From Trichoplax sp. H2 (taxonomy: Eukaryota): 64,000 bases of DNA. The notes under the pieces are model-generated. The model searched no databases. It was not told the origin of the DNA and worked only from the letters and a program-made list of their open reading frames with translations. A program made the translations under genes and the position numbers. This document shows positions 40,329 through 54,800 of this stretch, piece by piece. Position 1 is the stretch's first letter, and each line of letters starts with the position of its first letter. The DNA lies in the NCBI GenBank assembly GCA_003344405.1, contig NOWV01000286.1, forward strand, positions 1 through 64,000. Direction: 5' to 3'.

Positions 40329-40968
40329 GAAGAATAGAAAGTTCTTATATGTTTAAACATTGATTAGCTAAAACATAATTGCAGCGAGTAATTGACAAGT
40401 AAAAATCTTAATACAGAATAGTGCTAATAAAGTTACGCTTATTCCCACCGCTAGACACAAGTAGAACTTTGTACGTGACAATAAACCAGTATAGAAAAAG
40501 CTTAATAATCAAATAAGCATACGTTGACTATCTAGGTTAGCAATTACTAGAACGTGGAGAAATATTTGAGTGAAGTTAGCGAAAAATTATTTTACTATTT
40601 TGTAAAATAAGTATTCACCAGCACGACACCAAATACTTTAAACTTATTATGCATTGATTGTTATCGTCGTATTACTTAGCTATTCGTAATACTGCAATCA
40701 TGCTATCTGCATAAATTAGATGATATATTTAGTACTTTATTTTGACTGAAACATTTTATGCTTATAGACATTCAATAATACAAAGTAAATAGCAAGACAG
40801 TAAATTAATGGTCGATTGGGAGTGTCATAATAAGATCTGTGTTTATAATTAAAGGTTTAGCTATTTAAAATCAAAATTTCTATTAACCCCAATACATGCC
40901 CGATATAAGATGTATAGCAATCACAGTTCCTTCATTTCAACATCATCGGTTCTAGAGAAAATAGCTCC

Positions 40969-43900
40969 ATGGCAAAGCTGTATTTAATATTACTTATCTG
41001 TTCGATTTTTAATGGGACAAATCAAGGTTAGTACCAATAGGTTCACTTCAAATCCATCCAATAATAATGTAATGATCTAAGACTACTAATTCAAGGCCAT
41101 GAATTCAATCGAAGTTGTAAACAAGATCCACCACGATACGATAATGTGAACATTTTTCTGTTTAAGTTAGTACACTGATTGCTTGAAAAGCAATCAGTGT
41201 ACTAACTTAAACAGAAAAATTACAATATTGTATTATTCTGTCTAGCCCAAGCTTTTCCCAAAAAAGTACTATGAAACTCGGTGAGATTTGATTTAAACCG
41301 AATAAAATCGGCTACATTCAGTAGAAAAAATTACTATCAAATACCAGCAGTGGAACAAGAATTGTACAATTGATGGCTTTATAGTAGTTAAAAGTCTCTT
41401 GTTTTCGTTCAGCTAATATCTAAAATTTATGGCACAAGATTTCTCTATTTAAAAAGACTCTTTTACTATAACGAAGAATTATCTCACTTATTTCAACATC
41501 AATTTGGTCCATACAATAACTATATTTCCAGTACGTATTCATAAACACTACCTGAAACAATCTCCATTAAAAAGACCTAAAATGTCTATCGTTTTAGCTC
41601 AATTAATATCTAAAATTTATGGCACCGAGCTTCATTACTTATAAAAATTCGTTTAGTATATCCAATATTCGTTTCTCTTTATTTCAAAGTCAATTTATTC
41701 CATTCAATAACTATATTTCCTCCACATAGTTGCATATTCACCACCTGTAACGATTTCTGGAAAAAAAATCTAAAAAAATTTAGGCCAACTAATATCTAAA
41801 ATTTATGATGTAGTGCTTCATTATTTATGAAGATTCGGTTAGCATATCCGACAAATTACTCTCTTTATTTTAGCATCAATTCAGCCCATTCAGTAACTAT
41901 ACTCCCGACACATATTTGCGTGATCACTATTAGACATGGTCTTTAATTTGCTAATTTGCTAATTTTCTATCGATCAATCATCAATGTTTTCATACTAATA
42001 ATTAATTTAACACCAAAATCAATCTCTTATTATTATCATTGTTGGCAATACTCGTGAATCTTTTCTAAAAATTAAAATGATATTAACACGATCTTGATTT
42101 TTTCCATACTTTACTACCGATGCATCTTCTCAGTGCTAGTACCAGTACTCGTCTAAATCAACTGAGATGGATAAATCATCTATCCTGATAAGATACTAGC
42201 ATAAAAGTTAATACTTTCATGACTTTCTCATGTAGAAAGGAGAAACGAAAGAAGTATATAAGTTTATAAACTGTATGAGAAAAGACAATGTCATTGGTTT
42301 ATCATTTGATTCATCCACAGCCACGTTATTGTTGCTACATTTATTGGCTAAAATACTTCGTAGCAGTGAAATAATTAGTATTACGCTTACAACACACTTT
42401 AAATTTTCTGAATAATACACTTTTATCAAAACATAACCAATAATTTGTTTGAACTAGTTGCATTTACGTAGGTGTACTATTACTGATTCATCGTTTGATA
42501 GTTACTCAGGAAAAGTTAACATTGGTTATTTTCTGTTGCATGATTTCGTATCTTTTCATCAAAGCCACTAAAAGACTATTTAAAAATAACATGAGAAAAT
42601 TTAAAATTTTTTGATGAGTAATGCGGGGAAATTAGTCATATGGAGGGAAAGAGCACTCCTATTCGCATATATATTAAATTAATTCTACGATGGTGTCAAT
42701 GAGCTGGTATGCTGTGTATGCTTACCAGTGATATATAACTACTCACGGAAATCCCAAATTTATAGAAATATAGAAGGGCACGCTACAGTACGTCATACTC
42801 ACATAACTAATAGTCTACAATCCCAATACTTACTATAGTTAGGTTACAGTACTACATGGTATTGGGCTAATATAATTAATATGGAAGCGTTAAACATGGC
42901 TTACACATAGGTTAATCCTGAAATTTATCGAGTAAATATGACTATCAAAAGAAAGATTTAGTTATCGCATTTAACCTAACAACGTTTATTTGTACTAATT
43001 CAATTACTTCTCTACTAAATTATCACAGTGCACCGCAACTTTATATGCCTCACAGGGCCACTAATAGTATCAAACTAAAGTAATATCACTCTGAATTACT
43101 CTACATTAATCTAATCGCGAATTGCATAGATCTAGAAGGATTATAGCCTACGTTCCTAATATACTGTAACTTATCTAGCAACCGACCTTTTAGCTTGTCT
43201 TGCCTTCCTTTTGTAACCGCATTAGATGTAGTGCAATGAAGAATTTGAACAAACTAACATTTAAAAATTAGAATTTTGATGATATGAACAATTTTATATC
43301 ATATTCTAAGACAAAATAACCGTAATTATTGAGGCTCGGTACAGTTAAAATCTCAACAGACTAACGTTCATAAATTAGAAATTAGATAAAGCACTCGATT
43401 TTATATTATATTTAAGACAAAATAGCAGTATCTATGAATAGACTAACTTTCATACAGATAATATCTCTATAATATAAAGAATTAGTGGGAAATTCAATAG
43501 GAAGCCTTTATTGTTATGTTATTATTTCTTGACTTAAATAACAATTAACCAACGTGTTTCGATTTCTTTCATTCCAGTTAAAAGTGGAAATGAGCCCGAT
43601 GAGGAATGCAATGGTTTAGGTAGAGCATATACTCGTATATATTATATCCATATATATATATGTATCCGGTAACTCTTAATTTTTCATGCTATGGTAGATA
43701 TAAAAATTATGTCCGTTACATGATATTGGCACGGAGAAATATTGCACGACAGCAAATCTAAAGCCTTGAAATAATTTCAAATCTTTTGGATTTCATTTCT
43801 AGCTTCTATACCTACAGTCTCCTCTCCAAATCTCACACAAGAATGCAGAGTGATAAAATTAAGCTGGAAACCTCCCACTATCAAGCCATCATGCTGGTCA

Positions 43901-46900
43901 CAACTACATTACACTGTAGCTTACCGAACGCATGTCGGAAATCCTAAGGAAACGAAACGCTTTAAAAATGCCTGCAACAATAGTACTGAGCCTTTTTGTA
44001 AATTGCCACCACTTGGTAAGTATGTAAGCGTTATAGATTACCGGGTTATGACTTCAATGAAAAGCAACTCAGAATTAGTATCGCGCTCCAAAACTCGCCG
44101 CTTTTATCTTAACTTGCACGGTGAGTTTTCTACATTCAATTGTTTTCTAAAACGAGACTATTTTGATAGTAATAATCCTAATAGATAATCTAATTAATCC
44201 AATTTTGATTTTTAATTACATTACAGCATCTTATCATCATCTGTTAAAATTACTCTCATGACAAGAGACTAAGATACCGTATACAAATTGCATTAGATAA
44301 TTATATATTTGCGTAAGGCATTTACTTTATCCGTTTCGTTTTCTGAAGTAATCCATTCCTAACCAGCTTCTCATGCCTAGCTTACAAAAGTTTCGTAACT
44401 GTAGTTAAAAATTCCTAATTTGAAAAGCATAACAAGATTTAGACCATAGCAAATACCCTGAGTGGCCTAGTTATATCGTTGATGTTTTTTTATAATATAA
44501 TTTGTTGCACTTAATATAGAATATTAGTACTCTATAATATATCATACATTAATTATATTGGCAATAAAGTAATAATAAGATCTGGTTTAATATTATTAGA
44601 TAGTAAAATACGACCATAGCATACGAGAATAGAATAACGAATTTAACAGAATTAACTACGGTAATTGAATTTATCCGTCAAATTTTTTCCAATGCCGATT
44701 CCTCCTTACAAGGTTTTATACTGTTACTGTACATCATAATACATTAAGAGCAAGTTCATAGTATCAATATGCAAAATGCCCTTGATTACGTTTCAAATAT
44801 TTCAGTAATAATATAGCATGGCATCCTATAATATAATTGAAGAACAGAAAAATTTAATAAAATTAATATACCCAGATTAGGCCAAATCCCAATGTTTGCG
44901 AATGCAAATTGTCTACCGAATAGACTAATTTTGCAACTAAAACTTCGTATGTCAATAAGAATAAAACGCAGTGTGAAGACATTTACTTCATGTACTTACT
45001 ACTTCTGAGCTTAAGTAATATAAAATTGTTCGTGTTATTCTAGTACAATGATACCGAATTTAAAAACTATTTGATAATTAATTTGTTTAAATAGTAATGA
45101 TATTACGATCTTATACCGCAATAGCTAACAAATTATGTCAGAATAGAATCAAAACTGTCAGATTCTCAACGGCAATAACCCCTATCCTTGTAGATTATCG
45201 CACCTTACAATATCACGCCACACCGCTTCAATAATATGCTAGAACTGAAAGACTACCATAAGACTGTGTCTGAAAATAAATTTTTAATTGATAACAATTC
45301 AATGAAGCAAAGTATTCTAGTTCTGATAATTCGAGATATATTACTTGAAAATGGCAAAAAATTAATTTAATCATTTTCCCCTTCCAATGCTAAAGTGATT
45401 ATTCCGCCAGATGAATGCGAATCTAATTACGGCAAAGGCAATAACCGTATTCTTGTAATCTGTAAAGAACATATCAAATGTGATTCTGGGCAGACCTACA
45501 GATATAATTTCTATTGGGGAAAAAATTATTCAAAGGATGAACCAGATACAGTTAGTAGCCTTTGATTTATTATTAAGTTTATGACAACCAATTTTACCGC
45601 ACATTTCTGTCTATTTAATATCAACTAACAATGATACTTTCTTCTTTAGTCATCTACTAATTATTTGAGGATGGAGCTTTCTGAGCTAGAGCCTGATACA
45701 TTATATTATTGGTATGTGGAGGCTGTGGTGCCAGCCAGAAGTTTGGTCAGCAAACCTACACCCAAACTCTATTTCCGCACATTACCTTTGATTTTAACTA
45801 CACATACAGAAACGATTGCGACTACACCTTCAACTACTGCTACGATTGCAACTACGCCTACAATTGTAGTTTCGACCGCAACTCAGCCAGTAACTACATC
45901 TACAACTCTGCCTACAGCTTTGCCTACAACAGCTATTACTGTCTTCAAGAAATTAGGTATGCTTGTTAATAAATGTTCCTACATTGACACTTCCAAATAA
46001 TAACATATTGGATAAGTACAAAATAATTCATGGTGCGGAGGATAAAATCGCAAGATATTAAAAAAAGCCTAATTGATAATTATGGCAGTATTTTTCAGAT
46101 AATACAGTTTTGAATGCCGCTATATATTATAATAAGCTAGCCTAATAGAACAAAATATGAGCTTGATAGACATTATAGCAGCACTTTTCAGTGAATATAT
46201 AAACTTAAAAAAAAGTAAGCACTACGATTTACTCTTTTAACAAAAACAAGATTTGAGTTTAATTGGCTTAAAGGCAGCATTTTTCAGTTTATGCAAACTT
46301 AAATAACACTAGATGTTACAATAAATTATTACAATTTAATAATAAAATGAGCTTGATAGACGTTTATGGCTGCATTATTTACTTAATGTAAGTTTCATTT
46401 GAAGAACGCTAGATGTAGTAATACATTATCTTTATAGAACGAAAAGTCAGCTTGACGAAGGTTTATGGCTACATTTTTTAGTATAGATTTAATTTTAACA
46501 TAAGATATGTGTTTCAATCGTATAATGCGGTGAGTAGATTGGGAATTACAAAGTATTAGCCGATTGTCTGTAAAAAAATCATTACAAAAGTTTCTGAACA
46601 GCTACTTTGCACTCCAGATCCTTCAAGTCATGGTATCTATGTTTTGCTAATTTTTAGAACCAACAATTACCGATATCAAGATTATTCTCTCCGCAAATCG
46701 AGTTAATATTACTTGGAAAGTTGTAGGACCCAGTAAAAAGTGTCAGAAACAAATTCGTTATCAATTAGTTTATTGGTGCAATCAGACCCGTAGCTGGAAC
46801 ACAGCCTGTAATAATTCAATAATAGCTGCCTGCCAGATTAACCTCGAAGATGGCATTTCTGAAAGTCTAACCTTTAAGATAGTACTCAAAGATGAAACTC

Positions 46901-48234
46901 AAACTGTGATTAAAGAAAGTGACAGCTTTATCCATCTTATAGGTAAACAAATACTGACGATTGCCTATTTTGGGAGAAGCTAGAATATTTCAAGCTTTGT
47001 TACTACGATAGATATTAACAGGGTTACAAAATATTTAAACCATCATGACAGCAAATTAGTCTCGATAATCGCATGTGCAAATTGAAATCGTTCGGTTACT
47101 TATCGCAACTTTTATTCGCAATGAGCTCAATTAATCTATCAATTTTAATTTACTGTATACAACGTAAATTGGGAATACAATTTTTGACTCATACGCAAGT
47201 GCTATGATTATTAGTTGCATTTTCTATTGATTACCGATGATCCATGATCGAGGTTTAAATACCTATAGAATACATGCAATGAAACAATTTACTAGATCCA
47301 ATTATATCGCGAGAATAACTCTTCAAATACTGTTACAAAGAAATCAGAATGAAATTTTTAATTGAGTAAATCCTTAAACTTAAACTACTCATACATGAAT
47401 ATTAGCTATTGTAACAGGTGCGAAAGGATCTTGATGAATCTGTAATGACTATGGATGTAAATCGATCGTAAATGAAACTAATAGGAAACAATTTAGAAAT
47501 TATTTTGGAAACTTAATATCCCAATGGTAGCGAAGATTTCATTAATAGCTCATACGTTATACTATAATTGATCCAATTAATCACTAATCACATCTGGTTG
47601 ACGAGACTACTTATAGACAAAGATCGATGGGTATGATAGCTAATGCTACATATCCTAATAAAGAAATAGTTTCAGTAGAAATGTATCTAAATATTTCGAA
47701 ATTAAAAGTAAAAGCACCGATGTTGTTATTGTAGAAAATGATACTATAATACAATTTTGATCTAGTTTTATATTGATTCATAATATTTCAGATTTAGGCA
47801 AAGGAAATGTAGCTACTACTGGTAGAAATGAAATTACGGATACACCTATAGAAATTACACCATCAAGCCTTACGAAAAGAACATCACAACCAAAGGCAGA
47901 AACTAGAGGTCCAACAACTAAGGATATAATAATAAGCGATTCGCCAGGAAATTCGAAAGAATCCGCCGCATTATCTGTGCTAATATTACTTAGCATCATC
48001 ATTGCTTTGATTGCCGCTCCACTTATAATAGTTAGCGTTATTATCTTAATTATATTCTATAAGCGATATGTTACCCGAGTTTCAAATCCAAAATCTCAAT
48101 CAGATGAACATTATTATTCGAGCGTAGAAAACGTGCAAAAGCCAGACTCAAATATTACTGTCCAAGAGGAGTGTACAATAACTGAGGAATCGGAGTATTC
48201 CGGCCAATTATTCGCAAATAGCGTTATCGTATAA
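40969..48234 (+). CDS. Type I membrane receptor A: signal peptide, FN3 pair (class II cytokine receptor/tissue-factor-like), Thr-rich spacer, third FN3, stalk, TM, Tyr-containing tail
   Basis: Exons 40969-41026 (MAKLYLILLICSIFNGTNQ), 43578-43619, 43803-44120 (LSWKPP..HYTVAY..FKNACNNSTEPFCKL..YRV), 45396-45550 (IIPPDEC..YRYNFYW), 45650-45956 (LSELEPDTLYYWYVEA + Thr-rich), 46658-46942 (NITWK..RYQLVY..WNTACNNSIIAACQI), 47792-48234 (S/T stalk, hydrophobic TM, tail). All phases are compatible. Confidence 0.85.
41152..41220. repeat. Perfect inverted repeat: 33-bp arms with a 3-nt GAA loop
   Basis: ATTTTTCTGTTTAAGTTAGTACACTGATTGCTT-GAA-AAGCAATCAGTGTACTAACTTAAACAGAAAAAT. Confidence 0.97.
41400..41930. 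repeat. Degenerate tandem repeat, ~190-bp unit x3 (intron 1 of receptor A)
   Basis: TAATATCTAAAATTTATG recurs at 41414, 41604 and 41790, each followed by TTATTT..CATCAATT...CCAT.CA.TAACTATA-like blocks. Confidence 0.8.
46050..46510. repeat. Degenerate tandem repeat, ~95-bp unit x5 (intron of receptor A)
   Basis: An AGCTTGATAGAC.TT.ATGGC.GCATTTTTCAGT-like core recurs at ~46067, 46159, 46255, 46349 and 46448. Confidence 0.65.
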
Positions 48235-48744
48235 TGATTGATGTAAGGGAGTTAGACCAAATTATAGATATACTTCATAACTTTGTAGCTAAAATATTAT
48301 AATAGTGAAGAGTATAACGTGCAGTTACAGAGCTAGAAAGGATTGAATTGACATCCACAATTTATAATATAATACGTTAGTCTTTTTATATCCGCTTTTG
48401 CAATGATTAAGGCAAATTTTGCAGGTATCAAAATTGTTTATTGCAATGCTGTACGAATACTTTTACAATAGTTGCTTAATAATGTCGGTAATACGCTTTT
48501 AATATGATTAGATTAAGGCTAATCTTATTTCCAGGAATGCTGAATGAAAATAAGAAAATTACAGTAGCCGATTAATTCTTTAAATGGACTAATTCTATCA
48601 GTGTTACCTAATTGATCTTGTTCAAGTAACTGGCAATTTGTAGCATTAATGACAAATATTAATATCAGCTTCTTCAAATTTCAACTATAATATATGTTCA
48701 CAACATCATTCTACATTAATACTATTTTATTTAAACTATGAATC

Positions 48745-49700
48745 ATTTATTACTGGATAAATCTAATAAGAATTACTATTCTATTGGTTATAGTAATGAG
48801 AAATTTTAATCTTGAAAATACACATCCCTAACGCAATATTATATTTCGATACGGTATTATCGGATGGCTAAATACTATTTCAGAAATGATGGAAGATCTA
48901 CTTTACTTCAATTCGATGCAATTTGTAACATTTATCAAAGTTAGCAAAGTACTAATACGAACTCAAGCAATCTTAATATAAATCATGCTATTTACTGCGT
49001 TTCAGGGATTTTTGTATCATATCGATTCAAAGAAAAATAAAACTTATTTGATATATTTAACTTCAAATTATATTAGTTGTTCTATTATATCTACATAGAA
49101 GGCATAAAGAAATACATTAATTTATCAATTTCCTAGTTATGGTGTGAAATAAATTGATTTGATAGCTGATTGTGATTGTGAATTTGTACACTTAGATAGT
49201 TCAAATTCGAACTATAAAATTTCTAGCGCAATATTCTGCATTACTGTTATTTATTGAAACTGTAAAGTGTAAATTATTGGATAAATCTAATTAGACTTTA
49301 CTATTCTGTTGGCTATAGTAAAGAGGAATTTTGAAAAAATATAGATGGTCTAATGGAATATTCAATTTCGACACGAAATTATTGGATGAATAAATTAAAA
49401 ATAAGCAATGATGTAAGATCTATCTTAGTTCAATCCTATTTAATTTGCTATGCTTGTTAAAGTTAGTAAAGCGCCAATCCGAACTAATAATTTTAATTTA
49501 AATAGCTTTATTTACAGCCAAACTTTAAGGATTTTAGATTCATATGTATCAGTAAAAATGAATTTATATATATAAACACAGTGATAAAACTATTCTTTAA
49601 CCATTAAACTGCTAATTGTAAAAATAGGTTAATTGTATCAACATATAAGGCAAGGAGAAACACTTTAAAGTAATGATTTTCTAGTTATGAAATGCAATAA
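48745..49700. repeat. Diverged tandem duplication (~530-bp period) between the two receptor genes
   Basis: TGGATAAATCTAAT.AGA.TT.ACTATTCT.TTGG.TATAGTAA at ~48753 and ~49278, followed by colinear matches (ATTTCGA.ACG..ATTAT.GGATG, AAAGTTAG.AAAG). Confidence 0.75.
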
Positions 49701-51820
49701 TTACCATTAGTAGGAGGTTCTAAGAACATACTAATGACCGTTTCAATTTTGAAACAGACATATGGGTATGACATTGCCTACAATTAATTAAAGTAACTGG
49801 ACATTAATGTATCTTGCTGTAGATTATTCTATTCCTCAAATACATTAACAAAGACGTTAACAAAGATGTTGTAAATATATTTAGCTCTAACATAGCACCA
49901 ATAAACTTTAGCCGAACAAATTATTTAAACTTGTCGACGGCAATTTCATATTTGAATATTTTTACGCTTATGTTCTATTACATACAGCACCGTATCTGGC
50001 CTATGGATCAAACGTTGAATTTATGAAGAGCTAGTACAATTTAATGGGCATGAATTCGGTTAATTTTACTTACAGCTCCAGGCTTAACTGTTAATAGAGC
50101 AATATTAAAGTTGTAAAAATCAATTTCTGGTAAGTGATTACGTCCACTGTCATTAGTACAGATGAATTAATAATAGTCACCGATTCACGATAGTATCGTA
50201 TTTAGTATGGCTACTAATCCAGTGAGCGAAAAAGGTAACGACTATACTTTATAAGCAAGTTCAGCTAAATTAATATTAAGTTATTGGTTACATTGTAATA
50301 GTTAAAACTTGACAAATTTTATCTTAAGCTCTGCTAAAAATGGAAAAAGAATTGAGCGAGTTTAATTTATTGACCTAACTTTGCTTGATCTTGTTGAAAG
50401 GATAACAGTAACAAAGTAAAGTTTTAAAAATACTTTGTAGAAGCCGTCTTTAAGATTCGACTGATTTTATGTCAGCCAGCTGCGTACCGAAAGATAATTA
50501 AACTATTTCCAGCGCATAATAAACGAAGAACAACGCCAGTATAAACATAATCCTAAAAATGGAAAAGCGTAGCTTTTAAAATAGTTTTTCATTTAAAATT
50601 GAGAACTGATTATATATTACCAATTTAGGGGCCAAAATGTAGCTTTTACGACATTTTATGGAAGTCTACACTTTATACAATAGCTTGAAAAATATATGGA
50701 ATATAAGCATATGTTTTGTTATTATTTCCCCTACAGCTATATTTTTCAGAGCAATTTGCACCTGGATGTTAGTAAATGATATTCCAAAGAAAAAGAAAAA
50801 TAGAGAATACTGGGTAGCTTAGCCAAATGAGCGATGTTATTCAAATACGTTCCCTTCCCCTTCAAAGAAAATAAAATAATAAAATAAGCAGTCTCGTGAA
50901 TTCAAACAAGGCAAGTAATGCAGTATTCAAACTACGTGTCACAAAACAGCTTTGCAACAAGATAATGCAATATACGATCAATAAGCCAATTCCTTGAACT
51001 ACGTATCAAGGAACGATATCTGCACTATCACAAACACTTTTGCTCTACTAGCAGACTACACAAAGACTTAAACGTCTCGTATTTTACGTTAAACACTAAG
51101 TTGGAGAATCTTCTTTATTCACGATATACTGCATTTATATACTACTCCTCATTAGTTCACGAGTCATAGTTAATACAATTAACATTAGAATCATTTACTG
51201 AATTAGATATTAATTTTAGCTACTGCTCCCTTAATGCAGACAACAGTATTTACGAACATAGACATGTAAAGACTAATACAGAATAGTCAGATTACGATAT
51301 GTCCTATCACGGAACATTTCCATGATAACTTACAGTCTACCATAAGTAAATTACAATCATAATGATTCGAACTGTAAGTAGATGATTTGCATTCCCTATT
51401 ATAACTATTAATTTCAGTATGTGTATAAGTGTCACTGTCATAAAAAGTCAGTGCTATATTAAAACACAGTATATCCAAATTAGAAGTTAACTAAATAAGG
51501 ATAGTCTAATAGAATTATCCTAACATAGATATTTCTACTGTAATACAGTATATAACACTGTAACACTACGCTATTCAGAAATAAGAAATTTTAATTCTTT
51601 TTATACTTCATGACGTAACTACAATAATAATGCCACCTGCTGTATATTACAGTCATACTTAAATCATTTCAATAATAAATTACTTATAGATAAATTGTCA
51701 AATATTATTATCAATAATGAATGATACTTAAACTCATCAGCTAGGGGCCGTCGAGTGTACTAGCTAAAAATTTAAAATGAAAAAGCCATTGCAGATCTAC
51801 ATAAAAAATCTATTCTCAAA

Positions 51821-54800
51821 ATGATTGCAAGAATTCATGTACTAGCCTTCTATCCTGTAATAATTGGCATTCATTTCAGTAATTTAATCGATTTAGTCAA
51901 TCGTTCTTTTAATTTTATAATATAAATCTTAATACATGGTATTACCAAATGGAAAGTTATTTTTTTTCCGGGTAAAAAATACTTCACTTAGTGTTATCAA
52001 TAGAGAGAATTTATATGGCGTTTAAATTTAATCAGATATACGCATTCTTTTTATTGCCTTTTGTAGCTTAAAATTTAATTTTCTAGCTCTGTTGTCTCTG
52101 AAATTTACCTTGCGCAATATTCTACCATGACATTTTTAATAATATAGACGAAAATAGTGATTACCGCTGGTATTACCAATATGAAGCGTCATTATCATAT
52201 AAAGAAAGACTAATTACTTACATCAACTTCCAAATGCTTCTAAAGTATTGAAATAGAATTATGTATAAGCATGGCAAGAGAAGCATGCTGTAATTTTCTA
52301 TCGCCTCGTATGTTGTTACGGCTATTCCAATAAAGATAGTAAACTTTTTTAGTCATATTTGCGATGTCTTCATAAGATCTGTTTATCCTTTTAGCTTATG
52401 GTTTGAATCAGCCTGTGCCTGATTGCAGTGACTTAGGTATCTACGCCATAGATTTGATATTTTTAACTTGTTAGATTGCAAGCCAAGATTATCGGTGAAA
52501 TAATCGACATAAAATAGTTTAATAGAAAATACTTGATATTAATAGATAATCTAATATAGAGATTATACTAGAAGTTTAATTTCAGTCAATGTTCTTCTAA
52601 TTCAACGACTAGATCCGCTACCTTCGGTGAACTCTGTAAGCTCAACGATAGTATGCAGAAATTTTAAAATTAGCTGGAATCCTATAGCTGTCCGATCGTC
52701 ATGTTCATCCGTTATTCGATATCGAATTTCTTATAAAATCTATTCGTCCAATGGCGACTCAAACTGGCATTCTACCTGCAACGAAACCTCACAACTTTAC
52801 TGTAATATAGAACTTGAAAAGGGACTTATTGGAGCTACGGTTGTTTACAAAGTTATAGCATTTACTCACTCCAATCCAAGGTTGCAATCAAGCAGTAAAG
52901 ATAATAGAGATTGGCCTAATGTTTCTTGTAAGTAGAATTATAGTCACTAAAAAGCGATCTTTTAGTCCAATCATGACTTGTGCATATTGGGTGATTCAGA
53001 ATCAGAAGCATCATAAAATGTATTAATTCGTTACCAAAAATTGATAATATCTGGATTAAGATTAATTGGAGTACTTTCAGAGATAGATCTACCAGCAATA
53101 ATCTATAAAAGTAACGTGATAGCAGAACAACATTTTTTATACAGAATACATCTACTGATAAATCAAGTTAAAAGTATGGTAATAGCCGACTAAGATGATT
53201 TTAAGAAAAAAAACTACTGAAAAACATGTGTAAAATTAACATGATTATTTTAAGAGAATAATCCTACGTTAATGAAGTCTAAAAGTAGCATAATAGCAGA
53301 ATAAAATTATTTGCAGCGAGTAGATCGACTGATAATCAAGTATAAAAGTAGACCGATAGACGATTAAGATTACTTGCGTAGAATAGATCGACTGATAATC
53401 GAGTATAAAAGTAAAGTGTTGGCCGACTAAGATTACTAGTTGAGAAGATCTACTGACAAACAAATAAAGAAATAGCGTTATAGCCCATTAAGATTATTCG
53501 CATAAAATAGATCTGCTAATAATCAAGTGTGAAAGTAGCATGATAGACCATTATGATTTACGATCAAAGAACGGATCTGTAACAGAAGGCTTGCGTGATC
53601 TAGCTGAACTAATAGTCCGTCGGGTATTTCGTCTCTGTAATGTAACTTAGTATTGTAATTGTAGACTGTTAGCCATGTTTAGTATAATGTACGGTAGATA
53701 TTTATCCTAAGAGATATTTGGTAGCTATAACTATAGACTGCAGTGGTAGAGACTCTATGCTAGAGTACAGATGACTACTATATACAGTAAGCTGTTGAGT
53801 TACTAATATGGCTATAGGTAAAAATAGAACTGTAAATCATATATTAGGATATTGTTAATTCATTGTACTTGGGCTGGTCTGAATAATGTCTACGTAAGTA
53901 CTGTAGTTGTATCCATATTGGATTAATGATGGTCGCAGTAGAATAGTCTTTCTAAGAATAATTTAACTATGTGTAATATAAGGTAAAAGGCAACCATGCG
54001 GATAGTAGCTGCCAATGCTACGAAAAGTATAAAAGCATGCAACTTTAGATTATTCTGTTAGTTCGTTGTAGAAGTCTTTAGTAGCAGTATTCGGCTAGAG
54101 TAGAGCTGTGTGTGGTTAATCTTTGCATAAGATTCAAGAAAGCCCTTATTTTCTAAAATTTTGGAATCTCGTGATTGGTATATATCACAGTCTCCTACTA
54201 ACTTAGAGACTAACGGTAATGGAGCTAACTTGATTCTGTTATAAGAATTACTCCAGCTCCCTTAATTAAGTATTTCGAATGCTTTACTTTATTAATGCTA
54301 CGAGCGCCGACAAAATACTGTCTAGTAATCTATTAAACGTGGAACTAAGCAGTTAAATAGCAACAGGTCTTTATATACTCTTGCTTTAGACCGGTAGTAC
54401 ATACCAGATAATTGTACCGACTATAATTATTATATAAGATCATTATGAAAAAACAGGCAAATGTAGTTAAAATAATTTAGTACTGGAAAAACAAGGTAAT
54501 TGCAAACATCACTAATAAATAAAAGTTAGTCATAAGCCAATTAAGGCCTTGAGGCTCTGGACGACAAAAGCATCCTGGCATTTACAGTGCCGAAAATAAT
54601 CGACAATATTAAATTAACAATACCTATCTAATACTACAGCATGTCAAGCAAATTGACGAAAAGACCACAATCTGTGTTCGGTTATATATTTCAATAGACA
54701 AAAATAACCTAAGTTACTTCTAAAAACTAATGCAATGTAACCTATTAAGAACAGAACTGCTCAGTTGTTAATAAAGGCCGTTATATGGAGCATTGCACCT

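Noticed and set aside
45709..45969. 86-aa Tyr/Asn/Cys-rich ORF
   Set aside because: Alternative-frame shadow of the Thr-rich mucin exon of receptor A.
53040..53580. ~60-bp periodic array resembling a CRISPR array
   Set aside because: Whole units are degenerate copies with no unique spacers, no cas genes are present, and it lies in a eukaryotic intron; it is a minisatellite.
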